Below, piece after piece: positions 1-9,512 of a stretch of 64,000 bases of DNA (position 1 is the first letter of the stretch; every line of letters starts with the position of its first letter). A model generated the notes under the pieces. That model made no database searches, was not told where the DNA came from, and saw only the letters and a program-made list of their open reading frames with translations. Where the stretch lies: contig OZ245010.1 in assembly GCA_965223735.1 (NCBI GenBank), forward strand, positions 42,018 to 106,017, given 5' to 3'. The DNA is from Candidatus Oxydemutatoraceae bacterium (GTDB lineage: Bacteria; Pseudomonadota; Gammaproteobacteria; Poriferisulfidales; Oxydemutatoraceae). Both the position numbers and the translations under genes were made by a program.

Positions 1-8
1 CCGTCGGC

Positions 9-674
9 ATGGTGGTGCACCCAGGGGCGGGGCGTCGCGGCGGCACTTTGGTGAACGCGCTGGTGTTCCGTTATCCGCCCCTGAAGTTTCTGCCGCGCGC
101 CGGCATTGTGCACCGCCTCGACAAGGATACGAGTGGGCTGCTGGTCGTCGCCAAGACGCGCGCCGCTTACAAGTCGCTGGTCGGACAGATGCAGGCGCGC
201 GCGATCTGCCGGGAATACCTGTGCCTGGTGCACGGCGCGGTGATTTCAGGCGGCTGCGTTGATGCGCCGATCGGGCGCCACCCGCGCGACCGCAAACGCA
301 TGGCGGTTGTCGCCGGCGGACGCGAAGCAGTGACGCATTACCGCGTGCGCGAGCGTTTCCGCAACCACACTTTGCTCGACGTGCGCCTGGAGACCGGGCG
401 CACGCATCAGATCAGGGTGCATCTGGCGCATATTCGTCACCCGGTGGTCGGCGACGCGACTTATGGCGGGCGCGGGCGCACGCCGCCGGACGCTGATGCA
501 TCGGTGCTCGAAGCCTTGCAGGCGTTCGGGCATCAGGCGTTGCATGCGTGCCGTCTTTCGCTGGCGCACCCCACAACCGGCGGGACTTGTGAGTGGCAAA
601 GCGGGCCGCCGCCGGATATGCAGGCGTTGCTCGACATCCTGTCGGCGAAGGCGGCGGTTGAAGGCGATGGCTGA
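9..674 (+). CDS. rluD: 23S rRNA pseudouridine synthase RluD (5'-truncated by window edge)
   Basis: VHRLDKDTSG catalytic motif, LETGRTHQIRVH; upstream of pgeF-clpB as usual. Confidence 0.95.
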   Translation: MVVHPGAGRRGGTLVNALVFRYPPLKFLPRAGIVHRLDKDTSGLLVVAKTRAAYKSLVGQMQARAICREYLCLVHGAVISGGCVDAPIGRHPRDRKRMAVVAGGREAVTHYRVRERFRNHTLLDVRLETGRTHQIRVHLAHIRHPVVGDATYGGRGRTPPDADASVLEALQAFGHQALHACRLSLAHPTTGGTCEWQSGPPPDMQALLDILSAKAAVEGDG

Positions 675-1443
675 GCCCGGACATGTCGCCGCAGGGGTGG
701 GGTTGATCTGCGCCGACTGGCCGGCGCCCGCGAACGTCGCCGCCGTCACCACGACGCGCGCTGGCGGACGGAGTTTGCCGCCGTACGACAGCCTGAACTT
801 GGCGACGCATGTCGGCGACGACCCTGAATGTGTTGCCGCCAACCGCCATGTCCTGCGTGAGCGTCTGGGGTTTGACACCGAGCCGCGTTGGCTGCGCCAG
901 ATGCACGGTGCGGCGGTGGCGGACGCTGGTCGTACGGAAGGGGGGGCGGACGTTGAGCCCGAGGCCGACGCCTGGGTGTGTTTCAAGCCGGGCAGGGTAT
1001 GCGGGGTGCTGACGGCGGATTGTCTGCCGGTGTTTTTCTGCGACCGGCGCGGTACGCGCGTGGGACTCGCGCACGCCGGCTGGCGCGGGTTGTCGAGCGG
1101 CGTGATCGAAGCGACGGTGGCCACGCTCGATTGCCCGCCTTCGGAACTGCTTGCGTGGTTCGGGCCTGCGATCAGCGCGCACGCGTATCAGGTGGGTGAT
1201 GAAGTGCGCGACGCTTTTGTGCGCGACGGGCCCGGCGACAAGGAGGAGGATGCGCTTGCGTTCACGCCCGACAATACCGGTGCGTGGCGTGCCGATCTGT
1301 ATGCGCTTGCCGCCAACCGCCTGCGTCGGCTGGGCGTGCCGTTTTTCGGAGGGCGTTACTGCACCTGTTATGACGCCGGCCGTTTTTACTCCCATCGCAG
1401 GGACGGTCGCACCGGCCGCATGGCGAGCCTGATCCGGCTGTAG
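667..1443 (+). CDS. pgeF: Peptidoglycan editing factor / purine nucleoside phosphorylase PgeF (YfiH)
   Basis: LNLATHVGD, TADCLPV, AHAGWRG, FYSHRR motifs; ATG at 667 overlaps rluD end. Confidence 0.93.
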   Translation: MAEPGHVAAGVGLICADWPAPANVAAVTTTRAGGRSLPPYDSLNLATHVGDDPECVAANRHVLRERLGFDTEPRWLRQMHGAAVADAGRTEGGADVEPEADAWVCFKPGRVCGVLTADCLPVFFCDRRGTRVGLAHAGWRGLSSGVIEATVATLDCPPSELLAWFGPAISAHAYQVGDEVRDAFVRDGPGDKEEDALAFTPDNTGAWRADLYALAANRLRRLGVPFFGGRYCTCYDAGRFYSHRRDGRTGRMASLIRL

Positions 1444-1575
1444 TTTTGCCGGTGTCGGCGCGGCGGCAGGTGTTTTTGAATTGCCCGTGGAGATTTCTTG
1501 CAGACGCCGCGTCTGCCCGGTGTATGACCGCGACGGGTTTCGGGTGAATTCGGGGATCTGAAAAAGGTACAGCCC

Positions 1576-1603
1576 CTTGAAAAGGTCGCGACGGCCTCCA
1601 CAT
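1576..1603 (+). promoter_or_regulatory. Putative sigma-32 (RpoH) promoter for clpB
   Basis: CTTGAA-N14-CTCCACAT, resembling the CTTGAA-N13/14-CCCCATNT consensus, ~55 bp upstream of clpB ATG. Confidence 0.5.
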
Positions 1604-1657
1604 TCGTGAAGACATTATCATTTGACTTATGAAACAGTATGTAGAGCCGGATGCACC

Positions 1658-4243
1658 ATGCAGTCTGACAAATTCACCAATACACTCAGGGACGCTCTGA
1701 GTGAGGCACAGTCTCATGCCGTCGGTCGGGACCACCAGCTGATCGAGCCGGCGCATGTGCTGCATGCATTGTTGTCGGACAGCGGCGGTTCAACGTCGCA
1801 GATCGTGCGTCTGGCAGGCGGTGATCCGCAGCGTCTGGCGGTTCTGGCCGAGAATGCGCTCGCGCGGTTTCCGCGCGTCGAGGGCACCCCGGGCGAAGTG
1901 CATATTTCCAACGACCTCGCCAGGGTGATCAACGTATGCGACAAGCTCGCGCAACAGGAGGGCGACCGGTACGTTTCGTCAGAACTGTTCCTGCTGGCGC
2001 TGTTCAAGCATCAGGCGACGGCGGCGCTGTTTGAGCAGGCGGGTCTCGACGAACAGCGCGTCAGGGAAGCGGTCAACTCGGTGCGCGGGGGCGAGGCTGT
2101 TTCTTCGGCGGACGACGAGGAATACCGCCAGACGCTGCAGAAGTACACGCTTGACCTGACCGAGTTCGCCGAACGCGGCGAACTCGATCCGGTGATCGGG
2201 CGCGACGACGAGGTGCGGCGCGTGATCCAGGTGCTGCAAAGACGCACGAAGAACAATCCGGTGCTGATCGGCGATCCCGGCGTTGGTAAAACCGCGATCG
2301 TCGAGGGGCTGGCGCAACGCATCGTGAACAAGGAAGTGCCGGACGGGCTGCTCGACAAGCGTCTGCTGTCGCTCGACATGGGCGCCTTGATCGCGGGCGC
2401 GAAGTATCGCGGCGAATTTGAAGAGCGCTTGAAGGCGCTGCTCAGGGAGATTGCAAAGCAGTCGGGGCGGGTCATCCTGTTTGTAGATGAGTTGCATACG
2501 ATGGCGGGGGCGGGTAGGAGCGAGGGGTCGATGGATGCGGGCAATATGCTCAAGCCGGCGCTCGCGCGCGGAGAACTGCGTTGTCTCGGCGCGACCACGC
2601 TCGATGAATACCGCCAATACATCGAGAAAGACGCGGCGCTGGAACGGCGTTTCCAGAAAGTGCTGGTGGACGAGCCGACGGTGGAAGACACGGTTGCAAT
2701 CCTGCGCGGGCTGAAGGAGCGTTACGAGGTGCACCACGGCGTTGAGATTACCGACCCGGCGATCGTTGCGGCGGCGCGTTTGTCGCATCGCTACATCAGC
2801 GACCGGCAGTTGCCCGACAAGGCGATTGACCTGATTGATGAGGCGGCGTCGCGTATCCGCATGGAAATAGATTCCAAGCCGGAGAAGATGGACAAACTCG
2901 ACCGGCGTCTGATCCAGCTCAAGATAGAATGCGAAGCGCTCAAAGAGGAAAGCGATGAGGCGTCGCGCAAGCGTCTCGACAATCTGCAACAGGACATTGC
3001 CGGGCTCGAGAAGGAATACGCCGATCTCGAGGAGGTGTGGAAGGCGGAGAAAGCCGCGATGCAGGGGGCGACGCAGTTAAAAGAGCAGCTCGAGCAGGCG
3101 CGGATTGAAATGGACGCCGCGAAGCGCAGCGGTGATCTCGCAAAGATGTCGGAATTGCAGTACGGGCGCATCCCGGAACTCGAAAAACGCTTGGCTGAAA
3201 TGCAGGATGACGAGCAGAGTGAAGACAAGAATCAGGGCGCCGCGAAATTGCTGCGCAACCGTGTCACCGAACACGAAGTTGTCGAGGTGGTGTCGCGTTG
3301 GACCGGTATTCCGGTCGGGCGGATGTTGCGCGGCGAGAAAGATAGATTGCTTGCGATGGAACGGGAGTTGGGCGCGCGTGTCATCGGTCAGCGCGAGCCG
3401 GTCGCGGCGGTGTCCGATGCAATCCGCCGCGCGCGTGCGGGCTTGTCGGATCCGGACCGTCCTAACGGCTCGTTCATGTTCCTGGGGCCCACCGGCGTCG
3501 GCAAGACCGAGTTATGCAAAGCGCTCGCGGTGTTCCTGTTTGACAGCGAGGATGCGTTGGTGCGGGTCGATATGTCGGAGTTCATGGAGAAGCATTCGGT
3601 CGCGCGGCTGATCGGCGCGCCGCCCGGCTACGTCGGTTATGAGGAGGGCGGATACTTGACCGAAAAAGTGCGCCGGCGGCCGTACTCGGTCATCCTGTTT
3701 GACGAGATCGAAAAGGCGCACGCCGACGTTTTCAATTTGTTTCTGCAGGTGCTCGACGACGGCCGCCTCACCGACGGGCACGGCAGGACCGTGGATTTCC
3801 GCAACACCGTGATCGTTATGACCTCGAATCTCGGCAACGAATTGATCCGGGAGATGTCAGCGCAGTCGTCGTACGACGAAGTCAAGGACAAGGTGCTCGA
3901 AATCGTGCGCGACCGTTTCCGTCCGGAATTCATCAACCGCATAGACGAGGTGATGGTGTTTCGCGCGCTCGGTAAACGCGAGATCTGCGACATTTGCAAA
4001 ATTCAGCTCGCGTTGCTCGACGAGCGGCTGCGCCAGCAGGGGCTGTCTTTGCAGGTCAGCGACGAGGCAGTCGAGTTTATCGCCGCCTGCGGCTTTGACC
4101 CGGTGTACGGTGCGCGTCCCCTGAAGCGCGCGATTCAGCACGAACTTGAAAAACCGCTGTCGGAAAAAATCCTCAGGGGTGAGTTCACGCCGGGTGCCGC
4201 CGTTGCGGCGGATCTGAAAGAGGGGCGGCTGGTGTTGTCCTGA
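1658..4243 (+). CDS. clpB: ATP-dependent disaggregase ClpB
   Basis: Two AAA+ modules ([16 protein letters not shown]), coiled-coil middle domain. Confidence 0.98.
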   Translation: MQSDKFTNTLRDALSEAQSHAVGRDHQLIEPAHVLHALLSDSGGSTSQIVRLAGGDPQRLAVLAENALARFPRVEGTPGEVHISNDLARVINVCDKLAQQEGDRYVSSELFLLALFKHQATAALFEQAGLDEQRVREAVNSVRGGEAVSSADDEEYRQTLQKYTLDLTEFAERGELDPVIGRDDEVRRVIQVLQRRTKNNPVLIGDPGVGKTAIVEGLAQRIVNKEVPDGLLDKRLLSLDMGALIAGAKYRGEFEERLKALLREIAKQSGRVILFVDELHTMAGAGRSEGSMDAGNMLKPALARGELRCLGATTLDEYRQYIEKDAALERRFQKVLVDEPTVEDTVAILRGLKERYEVHHGVEITDPAIVAAARLSHRYISDRQLPDKAIDLIDEAASRIRMEIDSKPEKMDKLDRRLIQLKIECEALKEESDEASRKRLDNLQQDIAGLEKEYADLEEVWKAEKAAMQGATQLKEQLEQARIEMDAAKRSGDLAKMSELQYGRIPELEKRLAEMQDDEQSEDKNQGAAKLLRNRVTEHEVVEVVSRWTGIPVGRMLRGEKDRLLAMERELGARVIGQREPVAAVSDAIRRARAGLSDPDRPNGSFMFLGPTGVGKTELCKALAVFLFDSEDALVRVDMSEFMEKHSVARLIGAPPGYVGYEEGGYLTEKVRRRPYSVILFDEIEKAHADVFNLFLQVLDDGRLTDGHGRTVDFRNTVIVMTSNLGNELIREMSAQSSYDEVKDKVLEIVRDRFRPEFINRIDEVMVFRALGKREICDICKIQLALLDERLRQQGLSLQVSDEAVEFIAACGFDPVYGARPLKRAIQHELEKPLSEKILRGEFTPGAAVAADLKEGRLVLS

Positions 4244-4261
4244 CGGCGCTTATTTATTAAT

Positions 4262-5053
4262 GTGTCGCCCGTGAAACCCGTGAAGTCCATAAGCCGGTTA
4301 CTCGAGGTGATGGCGCGGCTGCGCGATCCCGAGACGGGGTGTCCGTGGGACCGCGAGCAGGGTTTTGAGACGATCGCGCCTTATACGGTTGAAGAAGCCT
4401 ACGAAGTTGCCGATGCGATCGAGCGCGGGGACTATCAGGACTTGCGCGATGAGCTGGGCGATCTGCTTTTGCAGGTGGTTTATCACGCCCGGATCGCGAG
4501 CGAGCAGGGGCTGTTTGATTTTGAAGACGTCACCCGCGCCGTTGTTGTCAAGATGGTGCGGCGCCACCCGCATGTGTTCGGCGATCTTGAGGCTGGCGAC
4601 GCCGCCGAACTCGCGCGGCGTTGGGACGCCGACAAGGCGCGTGTGCACGAACAGCGGGGTCGGCGCGGCGTGCTCGACGGCATCGCGCGCAACCTGCCGG
4701 CCCTGCGCCGGGCGCACAAGCTGCAAAGCCGGGCCGCGCACAACGGCTTCGACTGGAAAGACGGCGACGACGTGTTTGCAAAACTCGACGAGGAACTCGC
4801 CGAAGTGCGGGTGGCGGCTGCTGGCGGTAATGGTCTTGCCGAGGAGATCGGCGATCTGCTGTTTACGGTTGTGAACTTGAGCCGGCATTTTTCGATAGAC
4901 GCCGAGGATGCGTTGCGTAGGGCAGGGCACAAGTTTGAACGGCGCTTCGGCCGCGTCGAGGAGAAACTGAAAGCGCGGGGGCGCGTGCCGCGCGACGCGA
5001 CACTGGAGGAGATGGACGACCTGTGGGAGGAGGTGAAGGCCGAGGAAGGCTGA
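4262..5053 (+). CDS. mazG: Nucleoside triphosphate pyrophosphohydrolase MazG
   Basis: LRDPETGCPWD, EELGDLL-type motifs in two tandem MazG domains. Confidence 0.95.
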   Translation: MSPVKPVKSISRLLEVMARLRDPETGCPWDREQGFETIAPYTVEEAYEVADAIERGDYQDLRDELGDLLLQVVYHARIASEQGLFDFEDVTRAVVVKMVRRHPHVFGDLEAGDAAELARRWDADKARVHEQRGRRGVLDGIARNLPALRRAHKLQSRAAHNGFDWKDGDDVFAKLDEELAEVRVAAAGGNGLAEEIGDLLFTVVNLSRHFSIDAEDALRRAGHKFERRFGRVEEKLKARGRVPRDATLEEMDDLWEEVKAEEG

Positions 5054-5081
5054 GCAGCTCCCCGATACGGTCCCGCGATCT

Positions 5082-6803
5082 CTAGATATAACCGAGGGCT
5101 TTGATCTTGGCGTAGATTTTGTCAACCGACTCTTCAATACCCGCGTGGCTCGTGTCGATGACAACCTCGGGGCTTGTCGGTATTTCGTACGCGTCGTCGA
5201 TGCCGGTGAAGTGGTGCGTCAGGTTCTCGCGCGCCCTCAGATAAAGGCCTTTGGTGTCGCGTTTTTCACAGACCTCGAGCGGCGTGCTGACGTACACTTC
5301 TATATATCCGCCGTACCGGGAGATCAATTCGCGGTTCGTCTTGCGGTCTTCCTCGTAGGGTGCGATCGGCGCGCAGATCGCGATGCCGCGGTTTTTGGTG
5401 ACCTCGCTAGCGACGTAACCGATGCGGCGCACGTTCAGTGAGCGGTGTTCGTGTGAGAAAGTCAGTTCGCTCGACAGGTGAGAGCGCACGACGTCGCCGT
5501 CGAGCAGGGTGATGTCGGGGCGGCAACGCTCGCACAGCTTGACTCTCAGCGCCTGGGCGAGCGTGGATTTTCCGGCGCCTGACAGGCCGGTGAAAAACAC
5601 GGTGAAGCCGTGTTCTTTCAGCGGCGGGTGTGTCCTGCGCAGTTCTTCGGCAATCCGCGGCAGGGTGAACCACTCGGGGATCGGGCTGCCGCGGTCGAGC
5701 AGCGCGCGCAGTTCGGTCCCTGATATCGAAAGTGTTTTTTCCCTCGTTTGCACCTCGCTCATGAATATGTACTTTTTCTTTTGCGGGTGGTACACCATGT
5801 GATCGAACGCGGCGGCTTCGATGCCGATTTCGGGCGCGTGCTTGATCAGCGCGTGCTGCGCTTCAAATTCGCCGTAGAATGGTTTGCCGGTATTGTCTTT
5901 GCCTGGCCCTGCGTGATCCCTGCCGACGATTATATGCGTGCAGCCGTAGTTCTTTCTGATGATGCCGTGCCATAATGCTTCGCGCGGGCCACCCATGCGC
6001 ATCGCGAGCGGCAGCAGCGACAGCATCACCGAGCCCTTCGGGTAATGGCCGAGAACGTGCTGGTAGCAACGTGCGCGCGTGTAATAGTCAACGTCGCCGG
6101 GCTTGGTCATGCCGACTGCGGGGTGTAGGAGCAGGTTCGCGTCGTGTTCCTGCATCGCTTTTTCGGTCAGCGCGATATGCGCCAGATGCATCGGGTTGCG
6201 GGTCTGAAAAGCCACCACTTTTTCCCAGTTTTTGCGCTTGAATTCAGCCCGCAATTCCGTCGGCGTGTGACGGTATTCGCGGTAATCTACATGGTAGATG
6301 CCGAATATTTTTTGCAGTTCTCCGCTGACATATACCGAGTGCGAGGTGGTGAACAGATAATTGACCGCGGGATGTGAGCGGTTCTGCGTCGCATACACGA
6401 GTTGCGCCTCGCGTGCGGGATCCGGTTCCCAGATTTCGGACAGCGTCAGGATTGCGATTGCGAAGCCTTCGCGGTTGCGCAGGGTGATCTTGTCGCCCGG
6501 CGACAGCGGGGCGATGAATTCCCTGGAAATATCGAGCGTGACCGGTATCGGGTAGAGGTTGCCGTCGGCAAGGCGCATGGTTTCGAGTACCGACTCGTAA
6601 TCGGCGCGGTTCATAAAACCCGCCAGTGGGGCGAGACCGCCGTTGAGCAGCAATTCGATGTCGCAGATCTGGCGCTCGCTGAGCGTCCAGAAAGGATAGT
6701 TGATCGCCTCTTTTGTCAGTTCCGTGCGTTTGGCTTCCGACGGCGACCGACCGGCGGGGCTTTCACCGCTTCGTGGATCGTCAACGGGGTACAGTAAGGC
6801 CAT
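5082..6803 (-). CDS. sat: Bifunctional sulfate adenylyltransferase / adenylylsulfate kinase
   Basis: AFQTRNPMH, VGRDHAG (Sat) followed by FTGLSGAGKST, LDGD (CysC). Confidence 0.95.
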   Translation of the reverse strand: MALLYPVDDPRSGESPAGRSPSEAKRTELTKEAINYPFWTLSERQICDIELLLNGGLAPLAGFMNRADYESVLETMRLADGNLYPIPVTLDISREFIAPLSPGDKITLRNREGFAIAILTLSEIWEPDPAREAQLVYATQNRSHPAVNYLFTTSHSVYVSGELQKIFGIYHVDYREYRHTPTELRAEFKRKNWEKVVAFQTRNPMHLAHIALTEKAMQEHDANLLLHPAVGMTKPGDVDYYTRARCYQHVLGHYPKGSVMLSLLPLAMRMGGPREALWHGIIRKNYGCTHIIVGRDHAGPGKDNTGKPFYGEFEAQHALIKHAPEIGIEAAAFDHMVYHPQKKKYIFMSEVQTREKTLSISGTELRALLDRGSPIPEWFTLPRIAEELRRTHPPLKEHGFTVFFTGLSGAGKSTLAQALRVKLCERCRPDITLLDGDVVRSHLSSELTFSHEHRSLNVRRIGYVASEVTKNRGIAICAPIAPYEEDRKTNRELISRYGGYIEVYVSTPLEVCEKRDTKGLYLRARENLTHHFTGIDDAYEIPTSPEVVIDTSHAGIEESVDKIYAKIKALGYI

Positions 6804-6856
6804 CGGGGAGTGCTTCTTGAGACAGTTTTGCTGGGTTGCGCCCAGGCGAATTATAA

Positions 6857-7511
6857 GGGAATTATATACTTAAATCTACAAAGACTTCAGTATCCATTTG
6901 ACACTTCACAGGCCGGCTAACGCCGCCACCTCCACGTCCAACTGTCCAATTCCCAAAGGCCAAGATATTCAACGCGGCATTGATATCCGCGTTGTCCCGA
7001 TGAGTGCACTTCACGCACTCGAAAACCGATTGCGACTTTCTGTTCGCCGCATCCATACGCCCGCAGACATGGCAGGTTCGGCTGGTGTAGGCTGGCGACA
7101 CCTTCACCACCGTCGCCTTGTACGACAGGCATTGCTCCGGCTTGTACCAGCCTGTCGCCAATATCCCACGGTTCAAACCGCTCTTTTTATAAAACTTCCT
7201 GTAATTTATCTCTATTGCTTTAAGGGGCGTCCTGACAATGGTGCATGAGTATTCATTCAGCCACGGATCCGTTTTGCGCAGGTTGGTAAAACGTTTATAC
7301 AGCGAGTATGCCCGGGGATCACATTGGCCGTAAAACACATACTTATCCCTCAATACACCGACAAAGTGATTCCACACATAACGGCAGGCGCTGGCCGTCG
7401 CCCACAATTTCCTCGCTTTCGCGCGGGTTTGAGGATGTATCCTGTATCGGATTGTTCTATGTGCTTTAGTCTGTTTAGCATGACTTTGTAGATTTTTTGT
7501 ATATGGTTCCC
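6857..7511 (-). mobile_element. tnpB: TIR-bounded tnpB element, internally deleted (655 bp)
   Basis: Imperfect ~29-bp TIRs (GGGAATTATATACTTAAATCTACAAAG / GGGAACCATATACAAAAAATCTACAAAG); flanks aattataa / agttataa; TnpB N-terminus (TIRYRIHP..CRYVWN) fused to the Zn-finger/RuvC-III end (CHVCG..CVKC..DNADINAALNIL). Confidence 0.88.
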
Positions 7512-7579
7512 AGTTATAACACCGGGGCCGGCGTCGGGTTTGCGGGCTGCGGTGCGGAAGGCCGACTGGCGCACGACGA

Positions 7580-8926
7580 TCACAGCAGGAAAATCGTAGC
7601 GAGTCCGAGAAACGCAAGGATGCCGATGACGTCGGTGATGGTGGTCAGCACGACGCCGCCGGCGAGTGCGGGGTCGATGCCGAGTTTTTTCAAAAGCACC
7701 GGGATCGACACACCGGCGAGTGCCGCGCACAGGAAATTAACGATCATTGCCGCGCCGATGATCAGGCCCATCGAAAAGTCGCCGAACCATACTATCGTGG
7801 TCAGCGCGACGATCAGCGCCCAGGTTGCGCCGTTGAGCAGTCCCACCGCCGATTCCTTGAGCAGCAGCAACAGCGAGTTGCCCGGCCCGATCTGGCCCGT
7901 TGCGATGCCGCGGATGACCAGCGTCAGCGTTTGTCCTCCGGCAATGCCACCCATGCTCGCGACCACCGGTATCAGCACCGCGAGCGCGATAATCTTTTCC
8001 AGAGTGCCCTGAAACAGGCTGATCACCCACGCCGCGAGAAACGCGGTGGCGAGGTTGACGCCGAGCCACAATGCGCGCCGCCGCGCCGAGGTGACCGCCG
8101 GGCTGAACAGGTTTTCGTCAAGAGGAAGGCCCGCGGCGCTGAATTCGGCCTGATGCGCTTCGCCGCGGATCACGTCAACCACGTCATCGACGGTGATGCG
8201 TCCGAGCAACTGCCTGTTCTTGTCCACCACCGGCGCCGACATCAGGTCGTGGGCCTCGAACAGCCGCGCGACTTCGGACGCAGGGGTATCGGCTTCAATG
8301 CTTTTGCCGTCGGTGTTCATCACCTTTGAGACCGGCGTGTCGGGGCTTCTGGTCAGCAACTGCGACAGTTGCAGGGTGCCGAGATAGCGGTTTGAATGGT
8401 CCACCACGATCAGCGTATTGGTGTGGGGGGGCAGTTCGCGTCGCAGGCGCAGGTAGCGCAGTACGATGTCGAGTGTGACGTTTCCCCTGACGGTGACGGC
8501 GTCGAGATCCATCAGGCCGCCAGCGCTGTCCTTGTCGTAGGACAGCACCTGCTCGAGGCGTTTGCGGTCCTGGGCTTCCATGCCGGCGAGCGCGCGGTCG
8601 CTGACAGTTGCCGGCAGGTCGGCGAACAGGTCGGCGAGTTTGTCCAGGTCGAGTCCCTCGAGCGCGGAGACGAGTTCTTCGGGGTCGGTGACGTCGATCA
8701 AGTCTTCGCGCACGCCCTCGCTGACTTCGTGCAGTATTTCGCCTTCGACCTCGGGGGTGAGCAGTCTCCACAGGATACGCCGCTGCGGGATCGGCAACGA
8801 TTCGAGCAGGTCGGCTATTTCCGCCGGGCGCAGGCCTTTCAGGTTCTGCTGGGTGCGCACCATCACGCCCGAGCGCAGCAGTTCGGTGAACCGCTTGAGC
8901 AGTATTTGTTGCTGATTCTCGGACAT
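7580..8926 (-). CDS. mgtE: Magnesium transporter MgtE
   Basis: MgtE N domain, CBS pair (DSAGGLM), TM region with MGGIAGGQT and DPALAGG. Confidence 0.95.
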   Translation of the reverse strand: MSENQQQILLKRFTELLRSGVMVRTQQNLKGLRPAEIADLLESLPIPQRRILWRLLTPEVEGEILHEVSEGVREDLIDVTDPEELVSALEGLDLDKLADLFADLPATVSDRALAGMEAQDRKRLEQVLSYDKDSAGGLMDLDAVTVRGNVTLDIVLRYLRLRRELPPHTNTLIVVDHSNRYLGTLQLSQLLTRSPDTPVSKVMNTDGKSIEADTPASEVARLFEAHDLMSAPVVDKNRQLLGRITVDDVVDVIRGEAHQAEFSAAGLPLDENLFSPAVTSARRRALWLGVNLATAFLAAWVISLFQGTLEKIIALAVLIPVVASMGGIAGGQTLTLVIRGIATGQIGPGNSLLLLLKESAVGLLNGATWALIVALTTIVWFGDFSMGLIIGAAMIVNFLCAALAGVSIPVLLKKLGIDPALAGGVVLTTITDVIGILAFLGLATIFLL

Positions 8927-8948
8927 CGGGTTTTCGGGCGTTAAAGAA

Positions 8949-9480
8949 TGTATGAGGTCAGAAACATACGGGATTCCTGACCTGATTAAAAAGGAAGCCG
9001 GCATGCCGGTTCAACACATCGGCTTCCGCTTCAAGGGTTTCTATAAAATCGCCTCTTTATCCGCTAAATGAGAGGCGATGATGGGAACTACAGCCCAACA
9101 GAAACTTGAAGCCCTGACATTCCGGGACAAACGCGGCCCCGATTGTACTCCAGGGCCACCCTTGACGCATTCGAGGTCAGCCGCTCCACCCTGTACCGCT
9201 GGCGCTGGACCTACCGCACCACGGGCTTGAGCGCGCTACATGACCGCAGCCGTGCCCCGCACACCCGGCGCCGGCGCGAGTGGCCGCCGGCATTGCGCGC
9301 CGAAATACGTCGGCTGCGCACCGGGTTTCCCGATCCCGGGCTGCGAAAAAATGCAGGCGCTGTCGGCACCGTGGTGCGAACAGCGCGGCATGACCTGTCC
9401 CGGTGTGCGCACGATCAGGCGGTTGATTGCCCGCCGTACGGCGGGCTTGCTTATCTGCGGCACGGTGGCGTTGATGCCCG
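8949..9480 (+). mobile_element. IS481-family element remnant (left end plus frameshifted HTH transposase N-terminus)
   Basis: Starts TGTATGAGG; encodes ATLDAFEVSRSTLYRW..LHDRSRAPH; clearly homologous to 43873-44311. Confidence 0.7.
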
Positions 9481-9512
9481 TCCGGTTTTCTCTGCCGGGT
9501 GAGCGGGCGCTC

